A stretch of DNA of 57,679 nt from Carcharhinus longimanus (Eukaryota). The notes under the pieces are model-generated. The model saw nothing but the letters and a program-made list of their open reading frames with translations. It ran no database searches and was not told the DNA's origin. Of this stretch, positions 36,659 through 49,968 are shown in pieces. The stretch covers positions 38,349,430-38,407,108 of the forward strand of contig JASCQW010000162.1 in NCBI GenBank assembly GCA_030264375.1, read 5' to 3'. The position numbers and the translations under genes are program-made. Each line of letters opens with the position of its first letter. Positions within the stretch are counted from its first letter, which is position 1.

Positions 36659-39218
36659 TGGTTTATTGAGGAAATCACTGAGAATGCCATGGTAGGACAA
36701 ACAGAAAGGGTTCCATAAGATGCTACATAGCACAGAACAAAAAAAGTGAGGATGAGGAGAAAGAGGGCTAGATGAATTTATAGAGTTAGGGAAGGATAAG
36801 GCTATACAAAATATTTGGCACAAGGATCAGAATTTTTGAATTTGAGGTTAGTGTAAATCATTGAGATCTTGGTTGATAAAAAAGCAGGACTCGAAATGGG
36901 ATAGGAGATAGGCAGCAGAATTTGCATATGCTGAAGCTTGTGGAAGATGGAAGACTGGCCTAGAGATATTAGAACAATCAAGTTTAGAAATAGCAAAGGC
37001 ACAAGATACACAACTTACTCTTTTTCTGTTTTAATAACTGAAAGCTCAGCAAAGTCATTGAAATGTGCAGATATGTTTCTGCAGCCCTTCCATCAAAGAT
37101 TTAGTGGTGGAGTGAGACAGTGCCACTGACATTATGGAATTATTAATCTAATAATTTAATCCTAATTAAAAATCCTAATTAAATTTAATAATTATTAAAA
37201 TGTGAACAGATCTTCCTTTTAACTAGCAGTTAAATAAATCAGTTTAAGCTAGTTACGTATTTTTGATAGTTGACATGAGTCCTTTTGTACCTTTAAATTC
37301 ACAAAAGATGCAGACATTCAATTTGAGCAGTTGAAAAGGCATTTCAATTCTGATTTTAAAACTTCATCCAAAAATGATATGCCTCTTTGGTTTTTCTATA
37401 TACTTATGTAAATCCATTATTCAACACTGGATGATAATAGAACAATGAATGAGGAGAAAGTTAATGGTTAACCGGTAAAACAAATGATTTAGTTTCCAGT
37501 TCTCTTTCATAGCCAACTAGAGGCCTACAAGCCAATCAGGTTGGCCAGCAATTATGTCACCCCAGCAATGCTACTGGGAATTTCAGGTTGGGGTGAATTT
37601 TGATTGGGGGCTGGTTTCAAGAGGCCCATGGGACGGTTAAGGGGGGCAGGTGGTGGTGGGGGGATGACCTTTGGCTGGGGGATGCTTCTGATGGACAAGG
37701 GGGCCACCTAAACACATTCCCGCCCTCTTGCACTGTACCAGGTCTGCTGGTTGTGGGGCTTAAAATCCAGCCCAACTATGCTGATTGCCTTTAAAAGTGT
37801 TAAAGTTAACTTCCATTAAAATGGGTTCTGGAAGGGCTACTGGGCATCCAATAGATATTTAATATTCTTAAGCGTTTAAGTAGCAAACCATGTTTCTCTG
37901 CGTTAAGATAAATTAAACAAGGAGGAGTCTCTCCAAGACCACAATAAAAGTCCATGCACATTGCCTTCAAGGGGGCTAGATATGCCACCCATATTGTTTT
38001 GTGGATATAAGTAGCAGTGAATAATATGTTTGTTATTAATCACACACAATGCCTTCATTGTTTAACTACTATTGAATGTTCCCCCTTAATTAAGTAAAGC
38101 ACTACTTTACCTGACAAGTTTCTTTTTGAATGTGTTTTGCTACATTTTGGTTGTGATAGTCAGAAGGGGAGATGTTATGGCACAGTAGGTAGCATCCATG
38201 CTTCTGAGCCAGAGGCTCTGGGTTCAAGTCTTATCCCAAGACTCAATGGCCAAACAGAATATGAACTTCTAAATCCTACTTTTACATGCCAATGGCAGGC
38301 AGCAAGATGGGAAAGATTTCTGGTCATCCTAGTGATCTAAAGAACATTGTAATCTCTACCATACATAGCTGAACATGCATGTAAATATCCATGTGCCAAA
38401 GGAACTCAAATTTCCTGAGAGAACTGTATAAATCAGTAATGGTGATAAAGATTCATTTCAATAGAACAATCAGTCAGGTTCTAAAACAAGTGAATGATTC
38501 ATTCAGATTACCTCCAATCTGCAGAAAATGAAAATCTAACCTTGTGCATGTCAATGCACCAATGTGTGTCCATTTACAAACTTAAAACATGTATATGCTG
38601 AAAATTGAGATACATAATGCAGTAAGCTGCTTCATCAATATGCTATGTCAGAATTGTTGAATATCCTTCCTTCTTTGCTATGACAATTCCCCGGAAAGGG
38701 TATTTCTTTTCACCGTGCCACTTTTAATGAAGGATCTTACCAGAAAAGTTAACCTGCTTTTCTCACTCAGAGTTTGATTGACAGCTGTGTTCTTTCAGTT
38801 TTATTTGAAATCCTCCACAAGCGACTGGAGTGACTACCGCAATTTTTGTATATGGTCTGTCGTGTGAAGCTTTAAATTTTAATTTCTAGTTGCATTGCAA
38901 ATGAAATGGTAAAAAATTGATGACTTCAGGTCTTCTGTGAATTCCATATAATTGAGCAGTTGGTTCAAAACATCTCATCTTGAAATGGCAGAAACAATAG
39001 CCTCATTCATGAATGTGTAACAAGGTACTTGGTCAAAATGTCCTTTGTTGAGTTATCCTGGCATGTTGCCTACAACCTTGCTTCATTCAACCATGTCTTC
39101 AAAAAGCATGTGATGTAATGACTTGATTTTAAACCATGCAGTTGTATTTAAGCACTTTCAACGGATGGAAAAGTGCACATTGTCTGAATTTCATCTGGAT
39201 TCAATTTACTTTGTTTCA

Positions 39219-39332
39219 TTACTTAGCCACGTTAGCATGGAATTTTCTGGAAAGAAGTTTCAGTTCTTGTTTAGTTTCCCAACGATTGAGACTGGACTGA
39301 CTAGGAATTTTAACAGCTGTCACCTTCGTATC
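39219..39332 (-). CDS. CCDC150: CCDC150 terminal coding exon
   Basis: Acceptor cttttattttttacaaag|; DTKVTAVKIPSQSSLNRWETKQELKLLSRKFHANVAK*, resembling the recalled human C-terminus [29 protein letters not shown]. Confidence 0.85.
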   Translation of the reverse strand, partial: DTKVTAVKIPSQSSLNRWETKQELKLLSRKFHANVAK

Positions 39333-41057
39333 CTTTGTAAAAAATAAAAGAAGCTAGATTTTATTACTAGTTGTATACAATAACTGCTTGAGTGTCCTTT
39401 GGTTTTGAAATACAATGCTCAACTTTTAGCTAGAGATTACAACAAATGCATTAACAATCCAATATTTTTTCAGTCTTAACTCTTTGTAGAATATTTACTG
39501 GGGGAATGGTTAGATAGTGAACAGAGATATAGATTTCTTTGTATTGTTTCATATTCAGCAAGGAAGCAAATTAAACAGTGAGAAAGAAATTAATTCATAT
39601 AGCGTCACTTCTGGTGGTGGTCCACAGACATACCTTGGTTCCCTGATGACAGCAATGCTTCGGACTGTTATCTGCAACTGTATTCTTCAAGGATATAGAT
39701 GCATGTAATTGCATTGCCAGATTATCCTGTCTAACCAAATACCAAAATTGGACAATGTAGGTCCTGGCAATGCCTGACTTGGCAATTCTTGAACACAGAA
39801 GTGTGAAGCAGCAAAATAAGTCATCATGCCTGCATTGACATTATGTAAAGGGACAGACAAGCTGATTTTAAAGTTACATATACAAAACTTTTCCACTGCT
39901 GGGGAGTTTGCCACATCCTCACAGGATGGAGGAGGAGGAGATGACTTGTCCAAACAAAGGCTGTAAGAGGTATGGGGGGAAAACAGCATCAGAGTCTCTG
40001 GGTCTGCAAACCATAGGAAGATGAAACAGATGCCACTGAGAGGGCAAACTCCACATGACGTCCTCTGCCAGTTTGGAACCAGGATTCTCCAAAGCCACAG
40101 CAGGCTATCTGGCAGACCAACCATTTCATCCAGTATCATGGTGTGAATGCAAGCTTACTGTATCACAGGATCAGCAAACAACACTGCTAATGTTACTTGT
40201 TGTGTACAGCCCACAAAGGCAGCACTGAGAATAGAAGAGACAACTGCTGAAAGCACAAGATCTTGTCATGAAATCCTGAAAATCAGGTGGGTAATTCAAT
40301 TTTATGCTTTACCCATTTAGATTTGAATGGACGTATGCACATCGCAAACCATGAACCCCACACCCAAAAACAGTATGACTCAACTCCACTCTTTGAACTA
40401 CTCAGCAGCTCCTTCACATTCTCAACAAATTCTCAGTGCCACTCTGTTGAGTAAGCCACTCCATTTTGCAGAATTTTCCAGCTCTCTGTGCTCATACCTT
40501 TCTGTGATTTAACAGATAGCCCTCTAATATATACTTTTTAGAGACATACTATTTTTAGCGTGCCAGCAAAATGCGAGCTATAATAATTAAGCCCAGTCCA
40601 AGATCCACTTATTGACTTGCATTTTTAAAATAAGAAAATTAGGTTAAATTTCAGTTTGGTAATAGCAGACTAATCTGTACAACTCATACAAGACTTACCA
40701 GTTAATTCCCACTGTCATCAAATTCCTATCATTATTTTGTTTAGCAAGCCATTGCATTCAGCAGATTCACCTAATATTAATGTTCACTAAGCTTTGTGCA
40801 AAGTAGTAATATACTTCAGTCTCTTGTCCAATACAGTATAATATTTTGGAAGAGTAGATTAAAATAAATTAACAATTTTAAGAAAATATTTTTGCTACAA
40901 AAATATAAGATACTGAAGTATATCATTTATTTTATCAGAAATGTAGAATATTGTCTCAATATTTAAAAACGTTGATTAAACCTCATCAGAAATAACAAAG
41001 TCTGGATAGAAATTAAAACTCTCTGCTTTCCCTGACCTCAAGAGAACAATGTCTTAC

Positions 41058-41105
41058 TGCACCGGTGGTTTTCTTCCCCATATCTGCCATTTTTGTATAT
41101 TCTGT
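41058..41105 (-). CDS. CCDC150: Candidate 48-nt CCDC150 exon
   Basis: Acceptor aatttcatag|, donor GCA|gtaaga; phase 0-0, open frame TEYTKMADMGKKTTGA between two phase-0 exons; no homology support. Confidence 0.5.
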
Positions 41106-42249
41106 CTATGAAATTTTCAATTTATCTCAATTAGTGTGAGTATCTGCAACAGAATTGGAACAAGCTAAATTAATTTTGTGGTATCCCAACAGTCAGAGAC
41201 TTCAAGACCACTATTCGATGCTAATCACAAAACTAAGTACAATTTCTTGATCCAGCTAAATAATCAGCATCTACTTCAAATCACAGTATTCCTTTCCTTC
41301 AGCTTTAAAGAGGGTCAAATACAGAGTCACTCAATATATTTGTATCTTTTTTACAGTTCTTCATACAAAAGAGACACAATGTATGTGGTCTATTTGCATA
41401 AATTGCATTAAAACTTGAGCGCTGCATGTTAAATAGAAGAATTTTTTAAAATAATTACTGTTTTGTACAAAACCTAATGAAGAATGAAGTAAAAACACAA
41501 AGTATTGGAAATACTTAGGACAGGCAGCATCTGTGGAGTGAGAAACCAAGTTAGGGAAACTGCTACAAATTGTGTGGAGGTGACTGTTGATAAGTGAGTG
41601 ATGGGAATGTAATGCGCTGAGTAGTGTGAAGCCAGTACTGCAATTGACGAGATATGGCATTTGAGGATCCTTTGACCACTTGTGTGAGGTCATTACGTTT
41701 CTTGCACCACAGCAACCTGGTCACTGGGGCTAGACTACTATCAGTCACTCAACAGTATTAGTCTGGAATGCTTCCTGGTCCTTCTTTTATTGTCCTTCGT
41801 TTATTGTCCTTCGATGCAGTTATGCTGAAACATTTTAGAGTCCCCTTTCTGCTATTTTATACAGTACTTTTCCTGTTCGTCTTTCCCAGGTCAAACTCAA
41901 TTCTAGAATAACTTCCAGCACGTCTTCCAGTCAAAGTTATCTTTTAGAAGTCAAGCCTGACTTGAAATTATGCTAGTCTCACAATTGCTCAGGAATGCCA
42001 GCAATCAACAGCACACTTAACAATGTCTGCACACTGGAATCATGTAAATGAAATGAATCGACAGCTCAAAGTTGGTGTATTGCCTGCATTAGAAACAACC
42101 AACACAAATTAGACGTGTGTCTCAATTCCTGTTCCTTTTTTGGGCCTCATTTAATTCCATAGCCATTAACTTAAAGCAAAATTAATTGGCATTTGATAAA
42201 TATGGAATGATACATTAAAAATGGCACAGATTTGTTACATGCAGATTGT

Positions 42250-43430
42250 TTATCAGTTTTTTTGATAAAGTAATGGAGAGGATGGATGAAAATTGATGTT
42301 GTGCATATGGAATTTCAAAAGGCTTCAGATAAAATCAAAATGTAATTGGCATTAGCAAAATTGACACTGACGGGATTGTAGGACAGGAAAAAAAGCATAG
42401 ATTTGAAATTGACTAAAGGACAGAAAGAGAAAAATGGTGAGTTCTTTTTCAGACTGGTATCCCCATGATTTGCTTTTGGAATTGTTGTTTTTCATAGATA
42501 TTAATGACCTGGACACACAGTATAATTTCAAAGACCACAGATGAAAATAAATGTGGAAATCTCATAGGAATGAGTATAACAGATGTTAAGAGGTCATAGG
42601 CTGGTAAAATGGGCAGCCACATAACAGATGAAATTTAACATGTAACGTGAAAAACTATTTAGCAAGTAGGTGTTATATGTGGCTCAATTGGAAGTTTTCT
42701 TGCCTGAGTCAGAGGATTGTTTGTTCAATCTCACTTCAGGGACTTGAGCACATAATCCAACTTGACAGTCCAATGCAACATCTCCACTTGTGGAGTTGTT
42801 TTTTTCCCACGGCTCTGTTTGCCTTCTCAGGTGCATATAAAAGATCCCATAGTATTATTTTGAAGATTGGATGAGATAGTGTGGTATCCTGGCTAATCAT
42901 TATCTTTCAGAGGAATCATGAAAAAAGCAAAATTATTTGATCATTCTCATATTGCTGTTTGTGGGATCCTTGTGTGTAAACTGACAGCATAAATTTCTAC
43001 ATCCCCACAGTTACCACACTTCAAAACTGTTTCAATGGCTACAAAGTGCAGCATAAATGCAAGTCCTCTTTCCTTTAAACAGGGCAAGTTAAATTCATAA
43101 GGCCATTAAACAGGCAAACCGGATCCTTAATTATAGATTGAGGCATGGAGAACAAAATCGTGCAAGTTACATAAACCTTTGTAAAACACTATGCCCCAGC
43201 TGGAGTTGTGAGGGGAAAAATGTAGCAAGTTATTGTGATCTGGAATGCAATATTAACTAGAAAGAGTTGTGGAAGCTGATTTTATAATAAATTCCACAGT
43301 AGAATTGGATAGATTCATGAAAGTAGAAATATCTGTTGGGCTAAGGGGATAGAGCAGGAACTGGGATCATTGGATAGCTCTCTCAAAAGGGGTGACATGT
43401 CAAATAGCCTGCGGCTGTGCTGCATCATTT
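42250..43430 (+). mobile_element. Old CR1 LINE fragments with a DeuSINE-like insert (~42670-43075)
   Basis: Decayed RT nucleotide motifs (gatgttgtgcatatggaatttcaaaaggcttcagataa; attaatgacctgga) and CR1-like 3' UTR; SINE core between them. Confidence 0.55.
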
Positions 43431-44275
43431 TCCAATACAATCAATTGTGAATATTAATTTGCCTTTTCTCACATTCCATGTATGAGAGAAGATGAATAGA
43501 TACTCACAAATAATGACAAGCAATAACTTAATCAAGTCATATTGAGGGTATATTCTTAAGGTTTCAAATTAATTTTAGAAAACTGTCATAACCAATTAAA
43601 GGCTGCGCTACAAGCTTAAAAGCCTTGTACCTGTTAACATTTTATTTGCAAGAAGTGTTTATCTTATTTTTGTGCCAAGAAACTGTTTGTCTGAATTCTG
43701 AGGGTCAATGTGACTTATGTCCTTGATAAGTGGGTCATTTACATTAAGAGGGTCAACATTGTGACACGAATACAACAGGTTTAAAGTGATTTAATTTCAC
43801 GTTTGTTTTTTGTAACTTCTATTGCCTATCTTGTAATATAAAACAAGTATTTGTTAAGAAGTTAAGCATATTAGGAATCATTGGTCTATACTTTGCTTTT
43901 GTTTGACTTTCTATAAATACTGCATGTAAAAGGGTTTTTTATAAAATTATTTGGTTTAAATTCTATACACTGATAAATCAATTGGGAATGATTAACTGTG
44001 AGGTTGTTATTTTTGAGCAACTGATTTTGGTCCAATGGTCTCTATTTGATGACATGTGAATCTGGAGCATTGTTTGTGAAACATTTTAGCAGTTCTTCCA
44101 TCATGTTTACCATCAGTTTAATGAAGAGAAAAACTTAATCCAGTGCTTCTTATAGTGCAGGAAACACACTTTCTATTGTTGGACTGTATAATTGATATAA
44201 CAAAAAACTATTTCCAATTGCTCCCAAAACTTAACATATTCTTATGGAAAAATGACTGCAAAACATGACTCCAAC

Positions 44276-44452
44276 CTTTGTTCTTTGTTTTGACGCTGAA
44301 CACAGTTCTTCTGTGCCAATCTTCATTAAATTGTCTCCTTCATACAATTTTTCTTTCAATGGATCCATTCCACGCATCTTGATCAATTCTGCTTGCAAAC
44401 CATCAAACTTGGACTTAAACCACCGATGTGCTTCTTCCAGGTTAGCACGGAC
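44276..44452 (-). CDS. CCDC150: CCDC150 internal exon
   Basis: Acceptor tgttacctgcag|, donor AAG|gttgga; 177 nt, phase 0-0; [23 protein letters not shown]..., matching recalled human [21 protein letters not shown]. 3' boundary less certain. Confidence 0.88.
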
Positions 44453-44577
44453 CTGCAGGTAACACAGGCAGTAATATGTGCCTAACTGTTACTGAAAATT
44501 AAGAACATTTTTTCAGGTAATGTGCCTGAAAAAAAAGTTCACATTTCCAGATAACATTCACAACAGGAACTGTTTTT

Positions 44578-44882
44578 ATAAGATTCCCTATGATTCATAG
44601 CGCCGATAGTGCTGATGGAGGACATTTGGCCGATTGAGCCTGCACCATCAACAATCCCACCCAGGCCCTATGTCTTTACCCTGCTAGTCCCCCTTACATT
44701 AATGGAGAGTTTAGCCTGGCCAATGAACCTCACCTACACATCTTTGTACTGTGGAAGGAAACCCACAGAGACATGGGGAGAACATGCAAACTCTACACAG
44801 ACAGTTACCCAAGACTGGAATTGAATCCAGGTTCCTGGCACTGTGAAGCAGAAGTGCTAACTGCTGTCCCACCATGCAGCCC
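44578..44882 (-). mobile_element. HE1-like V-SINE
   Basis: Same head and core as the other copies. Confidence 0.8.
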
Positions 44883-45479
44883 ATAGTGGATTCAGTGGAT
44901 AAATGCATGCCAATACCCACAAACCTAAAGTATCACAGGTTCTATCCCTAGTATATTAAGAGTTGACTGATTGCACCTGGTTAATTGTGGGGACTACTAC
45001 CAGAATCAATATCCCAACTCTCAGTTAGAGTTCCTCCTCTCATTCAGCAACACCCAGTTGAAATGTTACAGATCAACAACTGTTAAATTGAATTGGGCGA
45101 AAGACTGAGGCTTGCCATTAGTCACTACCCTGCCGACACAAATAGGAATGAAGGTAACTTATTTAAATTATTGAACAGCTCACACCTTTGGAGCCATTTC
45201 CTAATATGATTCCATGGTTCCAAGAAAAGTGGAGTACAAACTTTTATTGATAAGAATAGATCATGAGCCCATTTATTTTGTTGTAAATAAAGCCAAGTCT
45301 TCAGTTGCAGTCAGTAATCAATTTTATTCAGGAGTAAAAATAATTGTGAAGTGCTTATTTATCATGTTCACTTTCAATACTTGGATGTGAATAAAAAACT
45401 GAGCAAAAATCTGCCCTCAAAAGATTGGAAAACAAAATGCAAAAATGATTTCTAAATAAATTAAATGCTTAGAAGAGTA

Positions 45480-46330
45480 AAGTCATTGTTTTTGATCCTC
45501 ACACCAAACATCTTTCTTTAGCTACCAACTCCATCTCTCTCTCTGGCAACGGTCAATGCTTGATGTCACATCTGATCCCAAGTTGAATTTCCAACTTCTT
45601 AGACCTATAGAATCCCTAAAACCATAGAATCCCTACAATGAAGGAGGAGGCCATTCAGCCCATCAAGTCTGCGCCAGCTCTTTGAAAGAGCATCTTACCC
45701 AGGTCCACCCCTCCATCCCATCCCCATAACCCTGCACATTTACTACGACTAATCCACCTAACTTACACATCTTTGGACTGTGGGAGGAAACCAAAGCATC
45801 CGGAGGAAACTCACACAGACACGGGGAGAAGATGCAAACTCCACACAGTCACACAAGGCTGGAATCGAATCCGAGTCGCTGGAACTATGAAGCAGCAGTG
45901 CTAACCACTGTGCCATCGTGCAGCCCTTATTCATAACATCGCTAACATCACTTATTTCCAACTCTGTTACATCACCCAACTTTGCCTTATCTTAGCTCAT
46001 TTGCTGCTAAAATATTCATTCAAACCTTTGTTACCATCTCAAGACTTGACTTTTCTAATGCAGTTCTGGCTGGTCTATCACATTCTACCTTCTGTAAACT
46101 TGAGGTCATCCAAAACACATGTATAAAAACATATTTTCAGCATTTTGTAAGTGGTTACACATAAGCAAGAAGAGATGCAGAAGATCAACCTTTTCGATGA
46201 ACACTGATCACCTCTTTGCTTGCAGACTGATATTGGCTAACAGTCAAGCAACACCTTGATTTTACAATTCTCACCCGTGTTTACAAATCTTACCATAGCC
46301 TTGCCCCTTCAACTTCAGGCCCACAATCCT
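45480..46330 (+). mobile_element. L2-type LINE 3' fragment
   Basis: AAKIFIQTFVTISRLDFSNAVLAGLSHSTFCKLEVIQN resembles the L2 ORF2 SRLDYCNSLLAGLP motif; split by a SINE. Confidence 0.7.
45600..45926 (-). mobile_element. HE1-like V-SINE nested in the L2 fragment
   Basis: Full head, core and tail. Confidence 0.85.
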
Positions 46331-46344
46331 CCAAGATATTTGCA

Positions 46345-46665
46345 CCCTTTTACTTTAGGGTGCTGATTGATTTGCAAGCTGACTCTGATTAGCCAAGGCA
46401 TCGCCACGGAAAACTATAGTCTCCCAGGTAATTTGAAAGATGCACAAGACTTGAATGTATTTATTTTGTTTGCAGAGAATGAATCTCTATGTGTGAATGC
46501 ATATCACTTCTAGCAAGCGTAGTGAGCTACATTAAGACCTCGAATGTTTATTTTAAATTGGTCATTAGCGTAGTATTTTCACACACAGGATTATTCAGCA
46601 AGTGCTGTCCAATTGCAGATTCACAACTAACCTTAGATGTTTGAATTTGGATTTTGCAAGCATGG
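46345..46665 (-). mobile_element. Penelope-like GIY-YIG endonuclease C-terminal remnant
   Basis: Minus-strand translation CESAIGQHLLNNPVC, then frameshifted DQFKI...NVAH...LLEV; homologous to 8330-8490. Confidence 0.7.
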
Positions 46666-46727
46666 ATCAATTGAAGACAATTAATTTAGATTAACTTCAG
46701 CAGTTTAAAAGAAAAGGAATTTCTTGT

Positions 46728-47113
46728 CAGACCCCACTTGGAGTACTGTGTGCAGTTCTGGTCGCCTCACTACAGGAAGGATGTGGAAGCTATAGAGAGG
46801 GTGCAGAGGAGATTCACAAGGATGTTGCCTGGATTGGGAGGCATGCCTTATGAAGATAGGTTGAGGGAGCTAGGTCTNNNNNNNNNNNNNNNNNNNNNNN
46901 NNNNNNNNNNNNNNNNNNNNNNNNNNNNNNNNNNNNNNNNNNNNNNNNNNNNNNNNNNNNNNNNNNNNNNNNNNNNNGGGTCTTTTAAAAGACTTCTGGA
47001 TGAGTACATGGGATTGGGAGTTATAGATAGTTCTATGGCCTGGTAGGTATGGATATGATCGGCGCAACTTGTGAGCCGAAGGGCCTGTTTGTGCTGTAGA
47101 GTTCTATGTTCTA
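46728..47113 (+). mobile_element. Young CR1 LINE 3' fragment spanning a gap
   Basis: [36 protein letters not shown] and a 3' UTR like 3310-3390. Confidence 0.92.
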
Positions 47114-47905
47114 CGAATGTAGATTTTTATACTTCCGCCTCTTGAAGATAACCAACACAGACAGGAACAGCCAAATAGCCTCCTCCTGGGCTATAATCAT
47201 TCTATCATTCTGTGTGTTTTTGAAAGACATATCTTTCGCTATAGTAACTTTCCCTCCTTTGAATGACTACAACTTGGGTCTCCACTTTTTGTCATGATAA
47301 CATAAACTTGAACAGCAGTTCAAGTGATTTACTGAGTGATTCTGAACTTTGGGGTAAAGATAGCAAATCTGTGATACAATGTTCATAAAATAAACAAGGA
47401 CCAGCATTTTCAGGATGGCAGGGGCTCAGTTCCTTGCCATCCAGAGTCAGCAGGCAATGCATTCCCACTGATTCCAGCATGTCCAATGTCATTTTGCGCT
47501 CTAACACATATTGATTTGGCAAAGACGGGACTTCTACTCATCACCAGGAGGAAGTCCTGCCTCGGAAATCTGCTGATTTTAGTTCAACTTTTGTGTTATC
47601 CCCCTCGATGTACTGTTCGCCTGTCTAAAAATTGAGGCTGGATGAGAATGGGCCTTTATGTGATCTGAAGTAGCGATTTAAGGGCTTTGACTGGGGCAAG
47701 GATGGGCTTCCCCCTCTGAGGCCCTACCCTTCCAGGTATGATATCATGACTAGGTCAGGGCAGGCAGGATCCTGGAGGGAATTTTATGCTCCCCCTCTTC
47801 CTCAGAACCTGCTGGAAGAGGAGCAGAAACTTCTGGTCAAGGTATCATATTCATGTAGGACATAAAAGATTCAAGCCAAGTATCTCATAGATCACGTTCT
47901 CCTAC

Positions 47906-47992
47906 CTGCTGTGACTCCAAACTAGCTTCCTTCAGTTTCTGCTCAGTTAATTCTTTGCAAGTTTGCAGACTTTTTACCTTCATCTCAAGAAA
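47906..47992 (-). CDS. CCDC150: CCDC150 internal exon
   Basis: Acceptor ttcttgctgctag|, donor CAG|gtagga; 87 nt, phase 0-0; FLEMKVKSLQTCKELTEQKLKEASLESQQ. Confidence 0.88.
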
Positions 47993-48119
47993 CTAGCAGC
48001 AAGAAAAAACAGAGTTTGTTAAAATTCAACATTTTATAATCATTCCATGTGAATCAATTTTAACAAATGTACTGCAGTCCGATTCTCTAAAACTGAGTCC
48101 ACATCCTTCATATTGTATG

Positions 48120-48595
48120 AGCCACCATCAACATCCTGGGGCTACCACTGATCAGAAACTGAACTGGACTGGCCATATGTATATTGTGACTCCAAGAGCA
48201 TGTCAGAAGCTAGGAATTTCACCTCCCAACTCCCCAAAGCTTGTCCACCATATACTAGGCACAAGTCAGGAGTGTGATGGAATATTCACCTGGCTGGCTG
48301 CAACTCCAACAACACTCGGGAAGCTCAACACCATACAGGACAAAGCATTGTGGACTGATTAGCACCCCATCTACAAACATTCGCTCCCCTCCACAATGAA
48401 CACACAGCAGCAACAGGTGTACCATTTACAAGATGCACTGTAAGAACACCAAGGCTTCTTAGACAGCACCTTCTAAACCCATGATTTCCACCATCCAGAA
48501 GGACAAGGACAGTACTACCTGCAAATTCCCGTCCAAGTTATTCACCACCCTGACTTGGAAATATATCACTGTTCCTTCACTGTTACTGTGTAAAT
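48120..48595 (+). mobile_element. LINE 3' fragment, same family as 10290-12000
   Basis: DQKLNWTGH and WLAATPTTLGKLNTIQDKA; another piece at ~24710-24860. Confidence 0.75.
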
Positions 48596-48862
48596 TTATA
48601 TCTTAGAAGTGCAGTTTTGTGTGAATCAGCAATTTCAACATTACAGCAGGGGAAAATTCAGTGTCAGCCGTACAAAACAACATACAGTGTATTGGTCACC
48701 CATTATGCACCCCAGCCAATTTTCTTCACCTTTCAATGTAGTCCACTGCATAAATGCTATTCTTTTTTTTAAACAACCCAAATAATGACTGGCGGAAAAA
48801 AATCCAACCTTGCTAAAACATTCGTCTACTTAATAAAAGCATGAATACAGAAGATATCTGAC

Positions 48863-49024
48863 CTGACATTTATTCCTCAGCTCTTGACTTAACTTGTGTT
48901 CCTTCTTCAACTGGAGTTCCTGCTGTTTGTAGAGAGATGCTGCCTCATACTGACTCTTTGCCACATTTTGAAGTTCTTCTTGTAGACTCTGCATCTCTGT
49001 CATAAACTTCTGAATCATCTCAGC
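48863..49024 (-). CDS. CCDC150: CCDC150 internal exon
   Basis: Acceptor tttctttttctgcag|, donor CAG|gtcaga; 162 nt, phase 0-0; AEMIQKFMTEMQSLQEELQNVAKSQYEAASLYKQQELQL...ELRNKCQ. Confidence 0.9.
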
Positions 49025-49899
49025 CTGCAGAAAAAGAAACAACAAAAATAACAGAACAGTAAACAGCAACAAAATAAAAAAATTCAGTCTACAGTAAAAA
49101 TGAAAAGTTACATATTATCCAACAATTTATGTCTGAAATTGGAATATGTAGTATACACTCATCACTTCCCTGCTTCCCAGATGAAACTACAATAATGTTC
49201 AAGTAGCTTGATGTTTTTGAGGACAGAGCACTTACCATCCTACCCTGTCACAATTTTACAGGAGGCAGGTGAGGCATTAGGTGGGCCACCCATCTGTGAC
49301 CCATTTGAGGTCCATAAGTTGGCAATTAACAGGAGAAGCCCGAACCCAAAGTGCAGCAAGCAGATCTAAGTAACCCTGTGGGCTGCTGATCAGTGAAAGC
49401 GCAGGGTTGGATGGGGGTGCCTCCTTTCCAGGCTACCACAAGCCCCATCAGCAACAGACCTCACTCCTCTTCTTTTATCCTTTCCCACCTCCCCTCTCCA
49501 ACATGCTTCCCCACCTCCATCACTGGGGTTTGTCAACCTGGCTTTAGCAAGATCCTGGACTTAACTGGGTTGGGATGGTCATTCCTCCCAGACCTCCTGC
49601 AATAGTGACAGCAGCCACCAATCCTCGTGTGGTACAAAGTGGCTGACTTCTAATTTGCTGACAGCTCTCAGAGTTGGGTCTTCCTCCTGGAAATGGATAG
49701 AAGCCCCTTACGTCATCCAAATATTTAGAGTCGGGTGTGTTGACCAAATAGAGGGAGGCTCATCCTTAAAATTTAAACGGATTTCAGGGAGTCCTCTCTT
49801 AGTGTATAATCCAGCTCAGAATTTTATGTATAAATAAATTATAAGGCAAATATCATTTAATGCAGATAAACGACATTCATATTTTGTCCATATACAGAC

Positions 49900-49968
49900 C
49901 TGCTCATAATTCTTTTTCTGATACATTTCTTTCATTGTCTCCATCTGTTTTAAGTCTGTTTCAAATTC
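49900..49968 (-). CDS. CCDC150: CCDC150 internal exon
   Basis: Acceptor tttataacttag|, donor CAG|gtctgt; 69 nt, phase 0-0; EFETDLKQMETMKEMYQKKNYEQ (YQKKNYEQ recalled in CCDC150). Confidence 0.88.

Noticed and set aside
39687-40139. 150-aa minus-strand ORF in the last CCDC150 intron
   Set aside because: No recognisable domain or convincing splice boundaries; likely chance or decayed repeat.
40699-40725. Strong minus-strand donor gtaagt with a 27-nt mini-exon
   Set aside because: In-frame TAA in phase 0 and a purine-rich acceptor.
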